Of a stretch of 64,000 bases of DNA, positions 43,697 through 55,698 are shown in pieces. The first letter of the stretch is position 1. Each line of letters starts with the position of its first letter. Source of the stretch: an uncultured bacterium (GTDB lineage: Bacteria > Krumholzibacteriota > Krumholzibacteriia > JACNKJ01); assembly GCA_963695095.1 (NCBI GenBank), contig CAVOFT010000001.1, positions 2,560,001 through 2,624,000 of the forward strand. Direction: 5' to 3'. The notes under the pieces were generated by a model. The model searched no databases, was not told where the DNA came from, and saw only the letters and a program-made list of their open reading frames with translations. The position numbers were made by a program, and so were the translations under genes.

Positions 43697-45667
43697 ATGC
43701 GCGAGAGGCTGCTGCTTGGTCTGCTCTGGCTGGTCGCCGCGACGGCGGCCCTCGCCCAGGCCCCGCTCCCCTCTGCCCTGCTCGACGCGCCGCTGGCCCG
43801 CCTCGGCCATGCCGACAGGGCCAGCCTGCGCGAATTCCTGGGCCCCGATTCGACCCTCGTCCTGATTCTCTGGAACACGGACTGTCCCGATTGTCTCGAG
43901 AATGTCGCCGAGGCCGGAGCCCTCGCGGCCACGCTCCCCTCGCTCCGCGTGCTCGGGGTGATGGACGACGCCGATCCCTGGGATGCGCTGGCTTTCGCCG
44001 AAGCGCGCGGCCTCGACTTCCCGAACCTCCACGATCCCGGCGGGCTCTTCGCCACCGCCCTCGGCACCGAGGGCAGCAGCTTCTCCTTCGCCCTGCTGGA
44101 TGGCGCTGGCGGCCTGCTCGCGCTCGCCGTCGACAAGCAGCCCGATGCGGCCGCCGCCCTTCGCGCCGCGCTGGCCGCCCTGCCCGCTGCGGCGCCGGTC
44201 GGAACCGCGCCCAGACCGGGCGAAGCTGCGGCGCAGGCGCCCGCGGCCGCACACTTCCCGCTCGTGAGCGGCAGCGGGCAACTCCGTCTCGCCGCCCTGG
44301 CCGTGGGCCTCGAGGACCGCCTTGGCGAGGGCCCCTGCCCTGGCGAGCCCGCGCTCTGCGCCTGCAGCCTGGGCGGCGCCTACGGAGAGGACCTGCGGCC
44401 GCTGGCCGATGTCCTCTTCCGGCTGCGCTACGAGCTCGTCGCCCAGCTCTCGCCCCGCCTGCGCGCCGGCGCCTTCCTGCGCCTCAGCAACGAGCCCGTC
44501 GCGCTGCTCGCCCAGGGCCCCGAGTACCTCTCGAGCGAGCGCGGCAGCGCCTTCGCGGAGTATGCGACCGGCGCCTGGTCGGCGCGCCTGGGCTGGACGG
44601 CCCTGCACTTCAGTCCGCTCACCCTCCAGCGCTGGGACTTCGCGGACAATCCGCCCGTCGCCGGCACCGGCGGGGCCGGCGGCTGCGGCGCTTGCGGCGC
44701 CACCAGCCACGCCCTGGCGCTCGAGGCCCTGGACGAGCTGGGCCCCGAGCTCACGGTCGAGGGCCTGCGCCTGCAGGGCTCACCGCGTCCCTGGCTGAGC
44801 GCCACCCTCGCCTATGCCCGCCCGCGCCGCGCGCAGGCCTTCGACGCCAATGCCGATCCACCCTTCGCCTATCGCCAGGATCTGCTCGCGGGCCGGCTCG
44901 CGCTGCGGCCCCCGCTGGGCCGCGGCCGGCGCGCGACGCTCGCGCTCCACTACGTCGCCGCCAACGAGGACGGCGGCTCCGCGCGCTGGCCGCTCTACGC
45001 GGGCGACGCGCGCAGCTTCGTCCGCCATGGCGAGGTCTACGGCGCGCTGCTCACCGCCCCCTTGCCCGGCGGCCTCGAACTCGAGCAGGAGGCCACGCGC
45101 AGCACGACGCGCGTGGACCGCATCGACGCTCGCGGCGAGGCCGTCGAGGACTGGGCCTATCGCGGCGAGCTGAGGGCCGCGCTGCCGGGCTCGCTGCATC
45201 TCGCCGCCGCCCGGCTGCGTCTGGGCCCGGACTATGGCGGCGAGTACCGCGCGCTCTCCTACCTGCCCAACACGGAGGGCTGGCGCTTCGCCGCCGGCAT
45301 GCGCAGAGAACGCTGGGGACTGGCCCTCTTTCACAAGCGGCTGACGCGCTGCGAAGGGCCCGAGCTGGGCACGAGCCTGGCCGAAGCGCGCAGCAGCGGG
45401 GTTCTGCTCAGCCTCGTCCCCGGGGCCGGCAGCGGACTCGAGCTGGGCGGCACCTGGATTCGCGAGCGGCTCGAAGGCGCAGCCCTCATCGGCGACTGCC
45501 GCTGCGCGCGCGATTGCGACAAGCGCATCCTCACGCTGGCCGGGCATCACGGCCTGGGCCCGCGCACCCGGCTCAGCCTCGAGCTGAGCCGGATCGACAG
45601 CGAGGACGGCAGGGGCGGCGAGGCCGAGTCCGATCTGGCCCGCCTCCTGCTCTCGACGGCGTTCTGA
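43697..45667 (+). CDS. Secreted thioredoxin-like (TlpA/redoxin) domain fused to a probable outer-membrane beta-barrel with Cys clusters
   Basis: Signal peptide; LWNTDCPDC...FPNLHDPG; Ala/Pro linker; amphipathic strands, HFSPLTL motif, terminal Phe. Confidence 0.65.
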   Translation: MRERLLLGLLWLVAATAALAQAPLPSALLDAPLARLGHADRASLREFLGPDSTLVLILWNTDCPDCLENVAEAGALAATLPSLRVLGVMDDADPWDALAFAEARGLDFPNLHDPGGLFATALGTEGSSFSFALLDGAGGLLALAVDKQPDAAAALRAALAALPAAAPVGTAPRPGEAAAQAPAAAHFPLVSGSGQLRLAALAVGLEDRLGEGPCPGEPALCACSLGGAYGEDLRPLADVLFRLRYELVAQLSPRLRAGAFLRLSNEPVALLAQGPEYLSSERGSAFAEYATGAWSARLGWTALHFSPLTLQRWDFADNPPVAGTGGAGGCGACGATSHALALEALDELGPELTVEGLRLQGSPRPWLSATLAYARPRRAQAFDANADPPFAYRQDLLAGRLALRPPLGRGRRATLALHYVAANEDGGSARWPLYAGDARSFVRHGEVYGALLTAPLPGGLELEQEATRSTTRVDRIDARGEAVEDWAYRGELRAALPGSLHLAAARLRLGPDYGGEYRALSYLPNTEGWRFAAGMRRERWGLALFHKRLTRCEGPELGTSLAEARSSGVLLSLVPGAGSGLELGGTWIRERLEGAALIGDCRCARDCDKRILTLAGHHGLGPRTRLSLELSRIDSEDGRGGEAESDLARLLLSTAF

Positions 45668-45707
45668 GCGCGGCCTGCCCACCGGCCGGCTGCGCCTGGA
45701 CAGGGAG

Positions 45708-46280
45708 GTGAAGGCGATGACAGCGCGCATCGGCATGGCGGTCCTGGCCTTGGCCCTCGCGGCGAGTCCGCTTGGCGCCGATCAGGATCCCAGCGACCCG
45801 CAGCTCATCAGGATCGAAGGCGAGACCTTCGTGGCCAGCCACAACACCGGTGGCTTCAACATCGGGGTGGCCTTCTGCGGGAGTGCCAGCGGCTACTACG
45901 TGGCCGACGGCATCGATCAGCCCGGCGAGTGGATCGAGCTGGCCCTGACGCTCCCCGCGAACACGATCTACACGGCGCGCCTGGCGGTGCAGGGCTGGCC
46001 GGGCGAATTCAACATCCTGCAGCTCGAGTTCCTCCCCGCCGCGGGCGCTGGTTCACGCTCGAGCACGGAGTTCCGATTCACGGGCATCGGGGTGGGCTGC
46101 GATGTGCCCTACCTCTGGGTCGCGGGCGAGCTGCCGCTCTGCGCGAGCGCCGGCAGTTACCGGGCGCGCATCAGCCTGACGAGCGGCACGCTCGCGCGCA
46201 TCGACCTGCTGGAACTGAGCTACGAGAACACGCCGACGGCCGCGCACTCCTGGAGTCGCATCAAGTCGCTCTATCCCTAG
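45708..46280 (+). CDS. Small secreted beta-sandwich (CBM-like) protein with SWSRIKSLYP tail
   Basis: Signal peptide; IRIEGE..., GIDQPGEWIE jelly-roll pattern; start may be ATG 45717. Confidence 0.65.
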   Translation: MKAMTARIGMAVLALALAASPLGADQDPSDPQLIRIEGETFVASHNTGGFNIGVAFCGSASGYYVADGIDQPGEWIELALTLPANTIYTARLAVQGWPGEFNILQLEFLPAAGAGSRSSTEFRFTGIGVGCDVPYLWVAGELPLCASAGSYRARISLTSGTLARIDLLELSYENTPTAAHSWSRIKSLYP

Positions 46281-46319
46281 TGGATGAGCCCTCGGCCGCG
46301 CGGGCCCGGCCGCACGGCA

Positions 46320-48383
46320 TCAGGCGACCGGCAGCGCCTGCAGCAGCAGCACGCTGCGATCGCCCACGCGATAGCTGCCGCCCGGCAGCGCGGGCGCGGC
46401 GGCCGGCAGGCGCAGGTCCTCGCCGGGCGCGAGGCTGGTGTCGAGCACGCGGTGCCAGGCGCGCCCGGGCGGCGGCGGCGGCAGCTCGAAGTCCAGCGGC
46501 TCCGTCCAGGCGTTCAGGCACAGGTGCACCCACTCGCCCTCGCCGGGCCGGCTCAGCGTGCAGGCCAGGCTCGAGGAGCTGGCGGTCCAGTCCGGCGTGC
46601 CCAGCTTGACCCCGTGCCACTGCAGCAGCGTGCCGCCGGCGCCGTCCTCGCGCCAGAAGCGCTCGTCCTTGAAGATGGCCAGGGCGCGGATGTAGGCGGC
46701 GAGATCGCGGACGAAGCCGTGCAGGGCGCAGCGGGCCGCCAGGGGCGACCAGTCCAGCCAGGCCAGCGCGTTGTCCTGGCAGTAGACGTTGTTGTTGCCC
46801 TGCTGGCTGCGGCCCAGCTCGTCGCCCATCGAAAGCATCGGCGCGCCCTGGGCGATGAGCAGCAGGGCCAGGAAGTTGCGCTGCTGCCGCGCGCGCAGGG
46901 CGAGCAGGCGCGCGTCGTCGGTCGGTCCCTCGACGCCGTAGTTGGCGCTGTAGTTGTCGTCCGAGCCGTCGCGGTTGTCCTCGCCGTTCGCCTCGTTGTG
47001 CTTCTGGGCGTAGCTGACCAGATCGGCCAGCGTGAAGCCGTCGTGGCAGGTGACGAAGTTGATGCTGCGGTTGGCCTCCAGCGCCGGGTTCGCGTAGAGG
47101 TCCGGGCTGCCGGCCAGGCGCAGGGCGACCGCGGGCACCAGCCCCTCATCCCCGCGCAGGAAGCGGCGCAGGTCGTCGCGGAAGGGGCCGTTCCACTCGG
47201 CGAAGCGCTCGCCGGTGAAGGAGCCCACCTGGTAGAGGCCCGCCGCGTCCCAGGCCTCGGCGATCAGCTTGCTGCCGGCCAGCACCGGGTCCGAGTCGAT
47301 GGACCACAGGATGGGCGCGTTCTCGCGCGGCTTGCCCTTGCCGTCGCGGCTGAGCACCGAGGCGAGGTCGAAGCGGAAGCCGTCCACGTGCATCTCGGCC
47401 ACCCAGTAGCGCAGGCAGTCGAGGATGAGATGCCGCATCACCGAGTGGTTGGCGTTGACCGTGTTGCCGCAGCCCGTGAAGTTCGCGTAGCGCGAGGGCT
47501 CCTCGCCCGCGATGTAGTAGGCGCCGTTGTCCAGCCCCTTGAAGGAGAGCGTGGGGCCGCGCTCGTCGCCCTCGGCCGTGTGGTTGAAGACGACATCGAG
47601 GATCACCTCGATACCGGCCCTGTGCAGGGCCTTGACCATGTCGCGAAACTCGTCCACCGGTCCCAGCGGGTCGCGCCGCGAGCTGTAGGGACCGTGCGGG
47701 GCGAAGAAGGCCAGCGGACTGTAGCCCCAGTAGTTCACCCTCCCCAGCGGCGCGTCCAGAGGATCGAAGTGCTGGACGGGCAGGAGCTCCACCGCCGTGA
47801 CCCCGAGGTCCACGAGGTAGGGGATCTTCTCGATGAGGCCGGCATAGCTGCCGCGCAGGGCGGGCGCCAGGCCCGAGCTCTCGTGGCGCGTGAAGCCCCC
47901 CACGTGCAGCTCGTAGATGAGCGTCTCGCCATAGGGCCGGCACAGCGGCCGGTCGCCCTCCCAGTCGTAGTCCCGCGTGTCCACCACCACCGAGCGCAGC
48001 GCCTGGGCGCAGTTGTCGCCGGGGCGGATGGCGGCCACGCGGTCGTAGGCGGCGCCCATCACGACGGCGCGGGCATAGGGGTCCAGCAGCAGCTTCTCGC
48101 CGTCGAAGCGCAGTCCCCGCGAGGGCGCGAAGGGCCCGTGCGCCCGCCAGCCGTAGACCTGCCCCGCGCCCAGGCCCTTGACCAGCACGTGCCAGTAGTC
48201 GGCGGTGCGGTGGCGGCGGGCGTCCAGCCTGATCACGCGCGCGGGGGCCGGATCCTCGGGGCCGGCAAAGAGGATCAGCTCCAGGCACTGGGCATGCCGG
48301 GAGTAGATCGCGAAGTTGACGCCGCCCGCCTGCAGGCTCGCGCCGAGGGGATGGCTGATGCCGGGATGGATGTCGCTGAGCAC
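46320..48383 (-). CDS. glgX: Glycogen debranching enzyme (isoamylase, GH13)
   Basis: NYWGY, LDVVFNHTAEG, VDGFRFDLAS, LIAEAWD, INFVTCHDGFTL, GNNNVYCQDN. Confidence 0.96.
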   Translation of the reverse strand: MLSDIHPGISHPLGASLQAGGVNFAIYSRHAQCLELILFAGPEDPAPARVIRLDARRHRTADYWHVLVKGLGAGQVYGWRAHGPFAPSRGLRFDGEKLLLDPYARAVVMGAAYDRVAAIRPGDNCAQALRSVVVDTRDYDWEGDRPLCRPYGETLIYELHVGGFTRHESSGLAPALRGSYAGLIEKIPYLVDLGVTAVELLPVQHFDPLDAPLGRVNYWGYSPLAFFAPHGPYSSRRDPLGPVDEFRDMVKALHRAGIEVILDVVFNHTAEGDERGPTLSFKGLDNGAYYIAGEEPSRYANFTGCGNTVNANHSVMRHLILDCLRYWVAEMHVDGFRFDLASVLSRDGKGKPRENAPILWSIDSDPVLAGSKLIAEAWDAAGLYQVGSFTGERFAEWNGPFRDDLRRFLRGDEGLVPAVALRLAGSPDLYANPALEANRSINFVTCHDGFTLADLVSYAQKHNEANGEDNRDGSDDNYSANYGVEGPTDDARLLALRARQQRNFLALLLIAQGAPMLSMGDELGRSQQGNNNVYCQDNALAWLDWSPLAARCALHGFVRDLAAYIRALAIFKDERFWREDGAGGTLLQWHGVKLGTPDWTASSSSLACTLSRPGEGEWVHLCLNAWTEPLDFELPPPPPGRAWHRVLDTSLAPGEDLRLPAAAPALPGGSYRVGDRSVLLLQALPVA

Positions 48384-48472
48384 GCCGCCTCCACCGTGTC
48401 GACTCGAGGCGGGAGCCTAGCAGGTAGCGGCGAGCTTGGCGAGCCCGATGGCGCCCGGCGCGGCAGCTCGGC

Positions 48473-49117
48473 TCAGGGGACGCGCTCCACGGCGCAGCGA
48501 GCGCGGGCCTGGCGGCTGCCGAGGCCGGCCATGCGGCGCAGGAGGCGCTCGGAGCCGCCGCGCAGTCCGCCCAGCAATCCCGGCGCGCCGCGCGCATCGC
48601 CGCCGGCCAGCCACTGCTCCAGCTCGCGCAGCTCGGCCGCCGTCAGCGGCTCCAGGCGCGCCTCGATCTCCAGCTCGACGGCGACACCGGCGGGCAGGCC
48701 GGCGGGCAGCAGCAAGGTCTGCGCGCGCGGCTTGCCGAGTTCGGCGGCCAGCGCCCCGGCATCGGCGCACTGCGCCAGCCGGCGGCCGCGCGCGTCGAAG
48801 AGCGTGTAGCGCGCCTCGAGCACGTCGTAGAAGAGACGCTGGCGCAGGACGCCGTTCGCCACTTCGCGGTCCCACCAGCCCTGCCGCCGCTCGAACAGGC
48901 GCCAGCGCAGCAGGAGCGCCGCGGGCAGTCCGGCGTCGAGGCTCTCCTGCAAGTCCGCGTCGACGAAACCCGCGAGCGCCACCTCGACCTCGAGGGCGGC
49001 GCCCGCCAGCCGCGCCGGCCCGAGTTGCAGGGTCGGCTCGCCGACCGCGGGCCGGGCCCCGCCCAGGGCGAGGCCCGCCACCACGAGAACGAGCGCCCAT
49101 CCTCCCCGGCGCGGCAT
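48473..49117 (-). CDS. DUF4390-like exported protein
   Basis: Signal peptide; LQESLDAGLP...WWDR...LFYDVL pattern; NtrYX-like neighbourhood. Confidence 0.65.
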   Translation of the reverse strand: MPRRGGWALVLVVAGLALGGARPAVGEPTLQLGPARLAGAALEVEVALAGFVDADLQESLDAGLPAALLLRWRLFERRQGWWDREVANGVLRQRLFYDVLEARYTLFDARGRRLAQCADAGALAAELGKPRAQTLLLPAGLPAGVAVELEIEARLEPLTAAELRELEQWLAGGDARGAPGLLGGLRGGSERLLRRMAGLGSRQARARCAVERVP

Positions 49118-50745
49118 CAGAAGGCCCGCTCCAGGCGCAGTTCCAGCACGGTCTGGTCGCTGCCGTCCAGGGTGCGCATCAGGTTCAGGCGCAGGCCGGC
49201 GTCGTCGCTGCCCAGGCCGATGCCGGCGCTGTCCTTGAGATCGGCGGCGGCCATCTCGGCGTCCCGGTCCGCCCAGGCCATGCCGGCGTCGTAGAGGCCG
49301 TAGATGTCGAGCTCGTCAAAGATGCCCAGGCGGTACTCGAGGTTGGCCAGCAGCATCCGCTCGCCGCCGTAGGCAGCCTGGAGGCCGGAGGGGTCCGCGA
49401 CCAGCAGCGACTGGTAATCGTAGCCGCGCACGCTGCCGAAGCCGCCGAGGAGGAAGCGCCGCTGCAGGGGCAGGGCGCCGCGCAGGTTGCTGGCGCCCTT
49501 CACGCGCAGGTCCAGGTGCTGCGCCTCGCCCAGGGGCAGGCGGCTGCGCAGCATTGCTTCTGCGAGGGAATAGTCGAAGTCGCCGCCGAGGACGTCCTCG
49601 CCCGCCCGCTCCCAGGCCAGGGCGATGTGATTGAGCGGCGTGCCCAGGCGCAGGCTCCCGTAGACGCTGCGCAGGGTGCCCTCGTCGATGGGCAGGTTCG
49701 TGCGGAAGCGGCCGCTGTGAAAGGACCAGGTGGCCGTGTTGCGCATGTAGGCGTGGTCCTCGCTGCGCAAGCCCGCCTCCACCCGCAGCCAGTCGGGCGC
49801 CAGGGCGACGAGGCTGAAGGCCGCGCCCTCGCGACGATAGTAGTCGCGGTAGTCCTCGCGGAAGAAGACGGCGGCGAGCGAGTTCTCGGTGTCGCCGACA
49901 CCCGTGCGCGGCGCGTAGGCGGTGCCGCCCAGGCCCTCGAACTTGAGCCAGAGGCGCTGCCCCGGCACCAGCGGCTGAAGCAGCGTCAGGCCCAGGCTCC
50001 AGCGCTCGCTCTCGAAACCATAGGCGACGAGCCCCTGCGCGGAGGGCTCGAAGTCGGCCTCGGCCACGTGCTCGGGTCGCAGGCCGAGCAGGAGGCCGTC
50101 CACGCGCTGGTAGTCGATGGTGAGATCCTCGCCATCCTCGCGGTGGCCCAGCTCCGCGCGCAGGCGCCGCCAGGTGGCCTTCTCCCGGCGCCAGTGGCCG
50201 CGCTCGAGATCGCCGGTGACGAGCACCGAGACCCAGCCGCCGTCATCCAGACGCTGGGCCTGCGTGTTGGCGGGGTCGATGGCCTCCCACTCGCCCTCCT
50301 CGTCCCTGACGATGAAGCGGTAGTGGTGCCGGCCGGGCGCAAGCTCGAGGCTCAGGGTCCAGCACCGCTCCTCGGGCAGGTAGTCCATGGGCAGGCGGTC
50401 CCAGTCCAGCCAGTCGCCGGTGAGCGCCACCGCGCGATAGCCCTCGTCGGCGTAGCGGAAGCGCAGGCGGCCGTCTTCATCGGGCGCCCAGAGCCCCTCG
50501 CTCTCGTCATCGTCCGGCCAGTCCGCGTCGGCGGTCTCGGCAGAGCGCCCCTCGCGCGACCAGGCGCGCTCCCAGGCCTCGTCCCAGTCGTCCTTGACCG
50601 TGAGCCACCAGCTGGGAGCCGTGTCGGGCTCTCGGTCGAGGGTGCTCAGCGCGGCGGCCGGCAGCGGCGGGGCGAGCAAGAGGCAGAGCAGCCCGGCCAG
50701 GGAAAGGCGACGGGCCAGCGGGCGGGGATTCGGCTTCGTCTTCAT
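49117..50745 (-). CDS. Glycogen-binding (CBM48/AMPK-beta-like) domain fused to an Omp85/BamA-TamA-type barrel
   Basis: VALTGDWLDW...WTLSLELAPGRHHYRFIV...DPAN; then YQRVDG, LGGFGSVRGY, terminal LERAF. Confidence 0.75.
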   Translation of the reverse strand: MKTKPNPRPLARRLSLAGLLCLLLAPPLPAAALSTLDREPDTAPSWWLTVKDDWDEAWERAWSREGRSAETADADWPDDDESEGLWAPDEDGRLRFRYADEGYRAVALTGDWLDWDRLPMDYLPEERCWTLSLELAPGRHHYRFIVRDEEGEWEAIDPANTQAQRLDDGGWVSVLVTGDLERGHWRREKATWRRLRAELGHREDGEDLTIDYQRVDGLLLGLRPEHVAEADFEPSAQGLVAYGFESERWSLGLTLLQPLVPGQRLWLKFEGLGGTAYAPRTGVGDTENSLAAVFFREDYRDYYRREGAAFSLVALAPDWLRVEAGLRSEDHAYMRNTATWSFHSGRFRTNLPIDEGTLRSVYGSLRLGTPLNHIALAWERAGEDVLGGDFDYSLAEAMLRSRLPLGEAQHLDLRVKGASNLRGALPLQRRFLLGGFGSVRGYDYQSLLVADPSGLQAAYGGERMLLANLEYRLGIFDELDIYGLYDAGMAWADRDAEMAAADLKDSAGIGLGSDDAGLRLNLMRTLDGSDQTVLELRLERAF

Positions 50746-50783
50746 GGCGACACTCCGTAGGCGAGGGCTCTGCCCCGCCTACC

Positions 50784-50798
50784 GCAAGCGGCGCGCCC
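50784..50798 (-). promoter_or_regulatory. Putative sigma54 -24/-12 promoter
   Basis: Minus strand GGGCGCGCCGCTTGC (GG-N10-GC with TTGC), ~40 nt upstream of ATG 50745. Confidence 0.55.
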
Positions 50799-50896
50799 GC
50801 CCGCGCCGGCGCGCCATCGCTTCCCTTTCCCTCCATTCGACAAGACTTTAGCTCCACCACTTCGAGATACTTCCAGCCGACTTAGCCCGCGCGGCG

Positions 50897-50933
50897 TGTC
50901 GCCCGCACATGCCGGCGTTGTGCCGGACACAAC
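50897..50933. promoter_or_regulatory. Paired enhancer-binding-protein-like sites
   Basis: Two TGT-N7-ACA boxes (50897-50909, 50919-50931) 22 bp apart; the second is the palindrome GTTGTG-N5-CACAAC. Confidence 0.5.
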
Positions 50934-50945
50934 GGGCCGGGCCCC

Positions 50946-52287
<1,342 letters not shown>

Positions 52288-52295
<8 letters not shown>

Positions 52296-53745
52296 GCTCG
52301 CCTCCTCTGTCGCCGGCGGCTCGGGGCACCGCGGCCGGCAGGGCAAGGGACAGCCGCGCGCCGCCCTGCGGCCGGTTGGTCGCATCGAGGCGTCCCCCGT
52401 GATCCTCGGCGATGCGGCGCGCGATGGCCAGGCCGAGCCCGGTGCCCGCGGCCTTGCTCGTGGTGTAGGGCTCGAAGACCGCCTCGGGATCGCCGGCGAA
52501 GCCCGGGCCCTCGTCCTCGACGTCGAGACGGTGCCAGCCGGCCTCGGCCTGGTAGCGCAGGGTGAGCGCGCCGGCCTCCCCCATGGCCTCGGCCGCGTTC
52601 TTGATCAGGTTGGCCAGCAGCTGGCGGAGCTGGCCGGGATCGGCAGTCAGCGGCAGGGTCTCCGGCCAGCCCTCCCAGGAGACCCGGTAGCGCTCGGCCG
52701 GCAGGTAGAGCTCGAGCACCCCGGCCAGGAGCTCGCGCAGCTCCAGGGGCTCGGGCTCCGGCGCCGGCAGTCGCGCGAAGAGCGAGAACTCGTCGGCGAG
52801 CCGCTGCAAGTTGGCCGCCTCTTCGAGCACGGCGGCGGTGCTCTCGCGCACGGCCGGATCTTCGCTGCGGCGCTCGATGCGGTGCATGGCCAGCGTGATC
52901 GGGGTCAGCGGATTCTTGATCTCATGGGCGAGGCGCCGGGCGATGCCCTGCCAGGCGGCCAGGCGCTCCGCGCGCAGACGGCGCTGGCGGCTGTCGGCGA
53001 GCTGGGCGCCCATGCGATTGAAGGCGCTGACCAGCTCCCCCAGCTCGTCGCGCGCGGCGACCTCGACGCGATGCTCGAGATCGCCGGCGGCGATGCGCTC
53101 GGTGCCCCGCACGAGTTCCGCCAGCGGCGCGGCCAGTTGCCGGGCCAGGGCGCGCGAGCACCAGAGCGAGAGCAGCACGAGCACGAGGCCGAGCAGGAGC
53201 AGGCTGAGCAGGGTCTCGCTGCGCAGCAGCGACTGGTAGGCGCCTGCGAGCTGGCGCTGGCGCCGGCTGCCCTCGACCACCGTGCCCAGGGCGGCGTCGA
53301 GCAGGGAGTCGAGCGGAACGGCCACGAGCAGCGCACCCGTCGGCCCGCCGGCCGCCACGAGCACGCTGCGGCCGCCAAGCTGCTCGACCTCCACCTCGCC
53401 CGGCGGGGGCAGTTCGGCGAGCCCCGCGAGCAGGGCGAGCAGGGAATCGGGGCCGGCAGCGGCGGCGCCGTCCCGCTGACGCCAGGCGAAGTCCGCACCG
53501 GCGGCGGTCGGGTCCTGCCCGGCCGCCTGCTCGGCGGCCAGGACGTCGGCGCGCGCGAGCACGGCGGCCTTCTCCTGTTCGAGGGCGCCGCGCGCGAGCG
53601 CGAGCGAGCTTTCCATGGCCGCGCTGAGGCCGGGGCTCTCCAGATAGGCGAGCAGGCGCTGGCTCATGCGCCAGTTCAGCGCGAGCAGCGCGAGGGCGGG
53701 CAGAAGCGAGAAGAGCAGAAAAAGCAGGAACAGGCGGCGCTGCAC
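52288..53745 (-). CDS. HAMP-domain sensor histidine kinase (NtrY-like)
   Basis: AWQGIARRLAHEIKNPLTPI, NLIKNA, DEGPG, GTGLGL. Confidence 0.93.
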
Positions 53746-53883
53746 GCGGACCCCCCAGGCGCGGCGGCGCGCGCCGCGGCGGCGAGCAGCCTAGCACAGG
53801 AATCGGCGGGCTGCCAGAGCGGGACTTGACGCCGCCGGGCGCGCGCAGCACATTGGCAGTTTCCCCCCACCCCCGAGATCGGC

Positions 53884-55698
53884 ATGAACATCCGCAACAT
53901 CGCCATCATCGCGCACGTCGATCACGGCAAGACCACGCTCGTCGACCAGGTGCTGCGGCAGTGCCACGTCTTTCGCGAGGGTCAGCAGGTGGCCGAGCGC
54001 CTGCTCGACTCGGGCGACCTCGAGCGCGAGCGGGGCATCACCATCCGCTCCAAGAACATCGCGGTCAACTACGGCGATCTGCGCATCAACATCATCGACA
54101 CGCCGGGCCACTCGGATTTCGGCGGCGAGGTGGAGCGAGTGCTCAAGATGGCGGACGGGGTGCTGCTGCTGGTGGACGCCTTCGAGGGCCCGATGCCCCA
54201 GACCCGCTTCGTGCTGCAGAAGGCGCTGGAGCTGCGCCTGCAGCCGATCGTCGTCATCAACAAGGTGGACCGGCCCAACGCCCGGCCGCTGGAGGTGCAC
54301 GACGAGGTGCTCGAGCTCTTCATCGAGCTGAACGCCACCGAAGCCCAGCTCGACTTTCCCGCCATCTACGCGGCCGGCCGCGATGGCTGGGCCGTGCTCG
54401 AGCTCGACGATGCCCGCCGCGATCTCACGCCCCTGCTCGACATGATCGCCGCCGAGATTCCGGCGCCGCCCACGGTGGCGGGGCCGGTGCAGATGCTGGT
54501 CACGGCCCTCGACCACAGCGACTACGTCGGCCGCATCGGCATCGGCCGCATCTTCCGCGGCGCCATGGTGGCCGACAAGCCGCTGGCCGTGATCAAGCGG
54601 GACGGCAGCTCGCGCAGCGCCATGGTCAAGGAGCTCTACGTGTTCGACGGCCTCGGCCGCCGGCGCGTCGAGAAGGTCGAGTGCGGGGACATCTGCGCCG
54701 TCGTCGGCCTGCCCGACGTGGAGATCGGCGACACCCTCGCCGATCCCGAGCACAAGGAGCCGCTGCCGCTGATCGCCGTCGACGAGCCGACGCTGACGAT
54801 GAGCTTCCAGGTCAACACGAGTCCCGGCTACGGCCAGGAGGGCCGCTACGCCAGCAGCCGACAGCTGCGCGAGCGGCTCTACAAGGAGACCGAGCGGGAC
54901 ATGGCCCTGCGCGTGGAGGACACGCCGAGTCCCGACACCTTCCGCGTGGCGGGCCGGGGCATCCTCCACCTGTCCATTCTCATGGAGAACATGCGCCGCG
55001 AGGGCTTCGAGTTCATGGTCGGCCAGCCGCGCGTGATCTACAAGGAGATCAACGGGCGCAAGGCCGAGCCGGTGGAGGTGCTCACGGTGGACGTGGCGGC
55101 CGAGCACGCCGGCACCGTGATCGAGTACCTGGGCACGCGCCGGGCCGAGATGGTGAGCATGGATCAGCGCGAGGGCCGCAGCCTGCTCGAGTTCCACGTG
55201 CCCAGCCGCGGCCTGATCGGCTTCCGCAGCCGCATGCTCAAGGCGACCTCCGGGGAGATCGTCCTCAATCACCGCTTCTTCCAGTACGAGTACTTCAAGG
55301 GGTCCATCCCGCAGCGCTCGACCGGGAGCATCATCTCCCAGAGCGCCGGTCAGGCGGAGGCCTACGCCCTCGACGCTCTGCAGGATCGCGGGCGCTTCTT
55401 CGTCGATCCGGGCGAACGGCTCTACATCGGCCAGATCGTCGGCGAATCGGTCAAGGAAGGCGACCTGCTGGTGAACGCGCAGAAATCGAAGAAGCTGACG
55501 AACATGCGCGCGGCCGCCTCGGACCGCAACCTCAAGGTGGCTCCCGCCGTGAAGCTGAGCCTCGAGGAGTGCCTCGAGTACCTGAACGCGGACGAACTGG
55601 TGGAGATCACGCCGCGCAGCATCCGGATGCGCAAGACGCTGCTGGACGAGAACGACCGCCGGCGCGCCTTCAAGGTCGCGACGGCCGACGAGGCCTAG
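53884..55698 (+). CDS. typA: Translational GTPase TypA/BipA
   Basis: [56 protein letters not shown]. Confidence 0.97.
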   Translation: MNIRNIAIIAHVDHGKTTLVDQVLRQCHVFREGQQVAERLLDSGDLERERGITIRSKNIAVNYGDLRINIIDTPGHSDFGGEVERVLKMADGVLLLVDAFEGPMPQTRFVLQKALELRLQPIVVINKVDRPNARPLEVHDEVLELFIELNATEAQLDFPAIYAAGRDGWAVLELDDARRDLTPLLDMIAAEIPAPPTVAGPVQMLVTALDHSDYVGRIGIGRIFRGAMVADKPLAVIKRDGSSRSAMVKELYVFDGLGRRRVEKVECGDICAVVGLPDVEIGDTLADPEHKEPLPLIAVDEPTLTMSFQVNTSPGYGQEGRYASSRQLRERLYKETERDMALRVEDTPSPDTFRVAGRGILHLSILMENMRREGFEFMVGQPRVIYKEINGRKAEPVEVLTVDVAAEHAGTVIEYLGTRRAEMVSMDQREGRSLLEFHVPSRGLIGFRSRMLKATSGEIVLNHRFFQYEYFKGSIPQRSTGSIISQSAGQAEAYALDALQDRGRFFVDPGERLYIGQIVGESVKEGDLLVNAQKSKKLTNMRAAASDRNLKVAPAVKLSLEECLEYLNADELVEITPRSIRMRKTLLDENDRRRAFKVATADEA

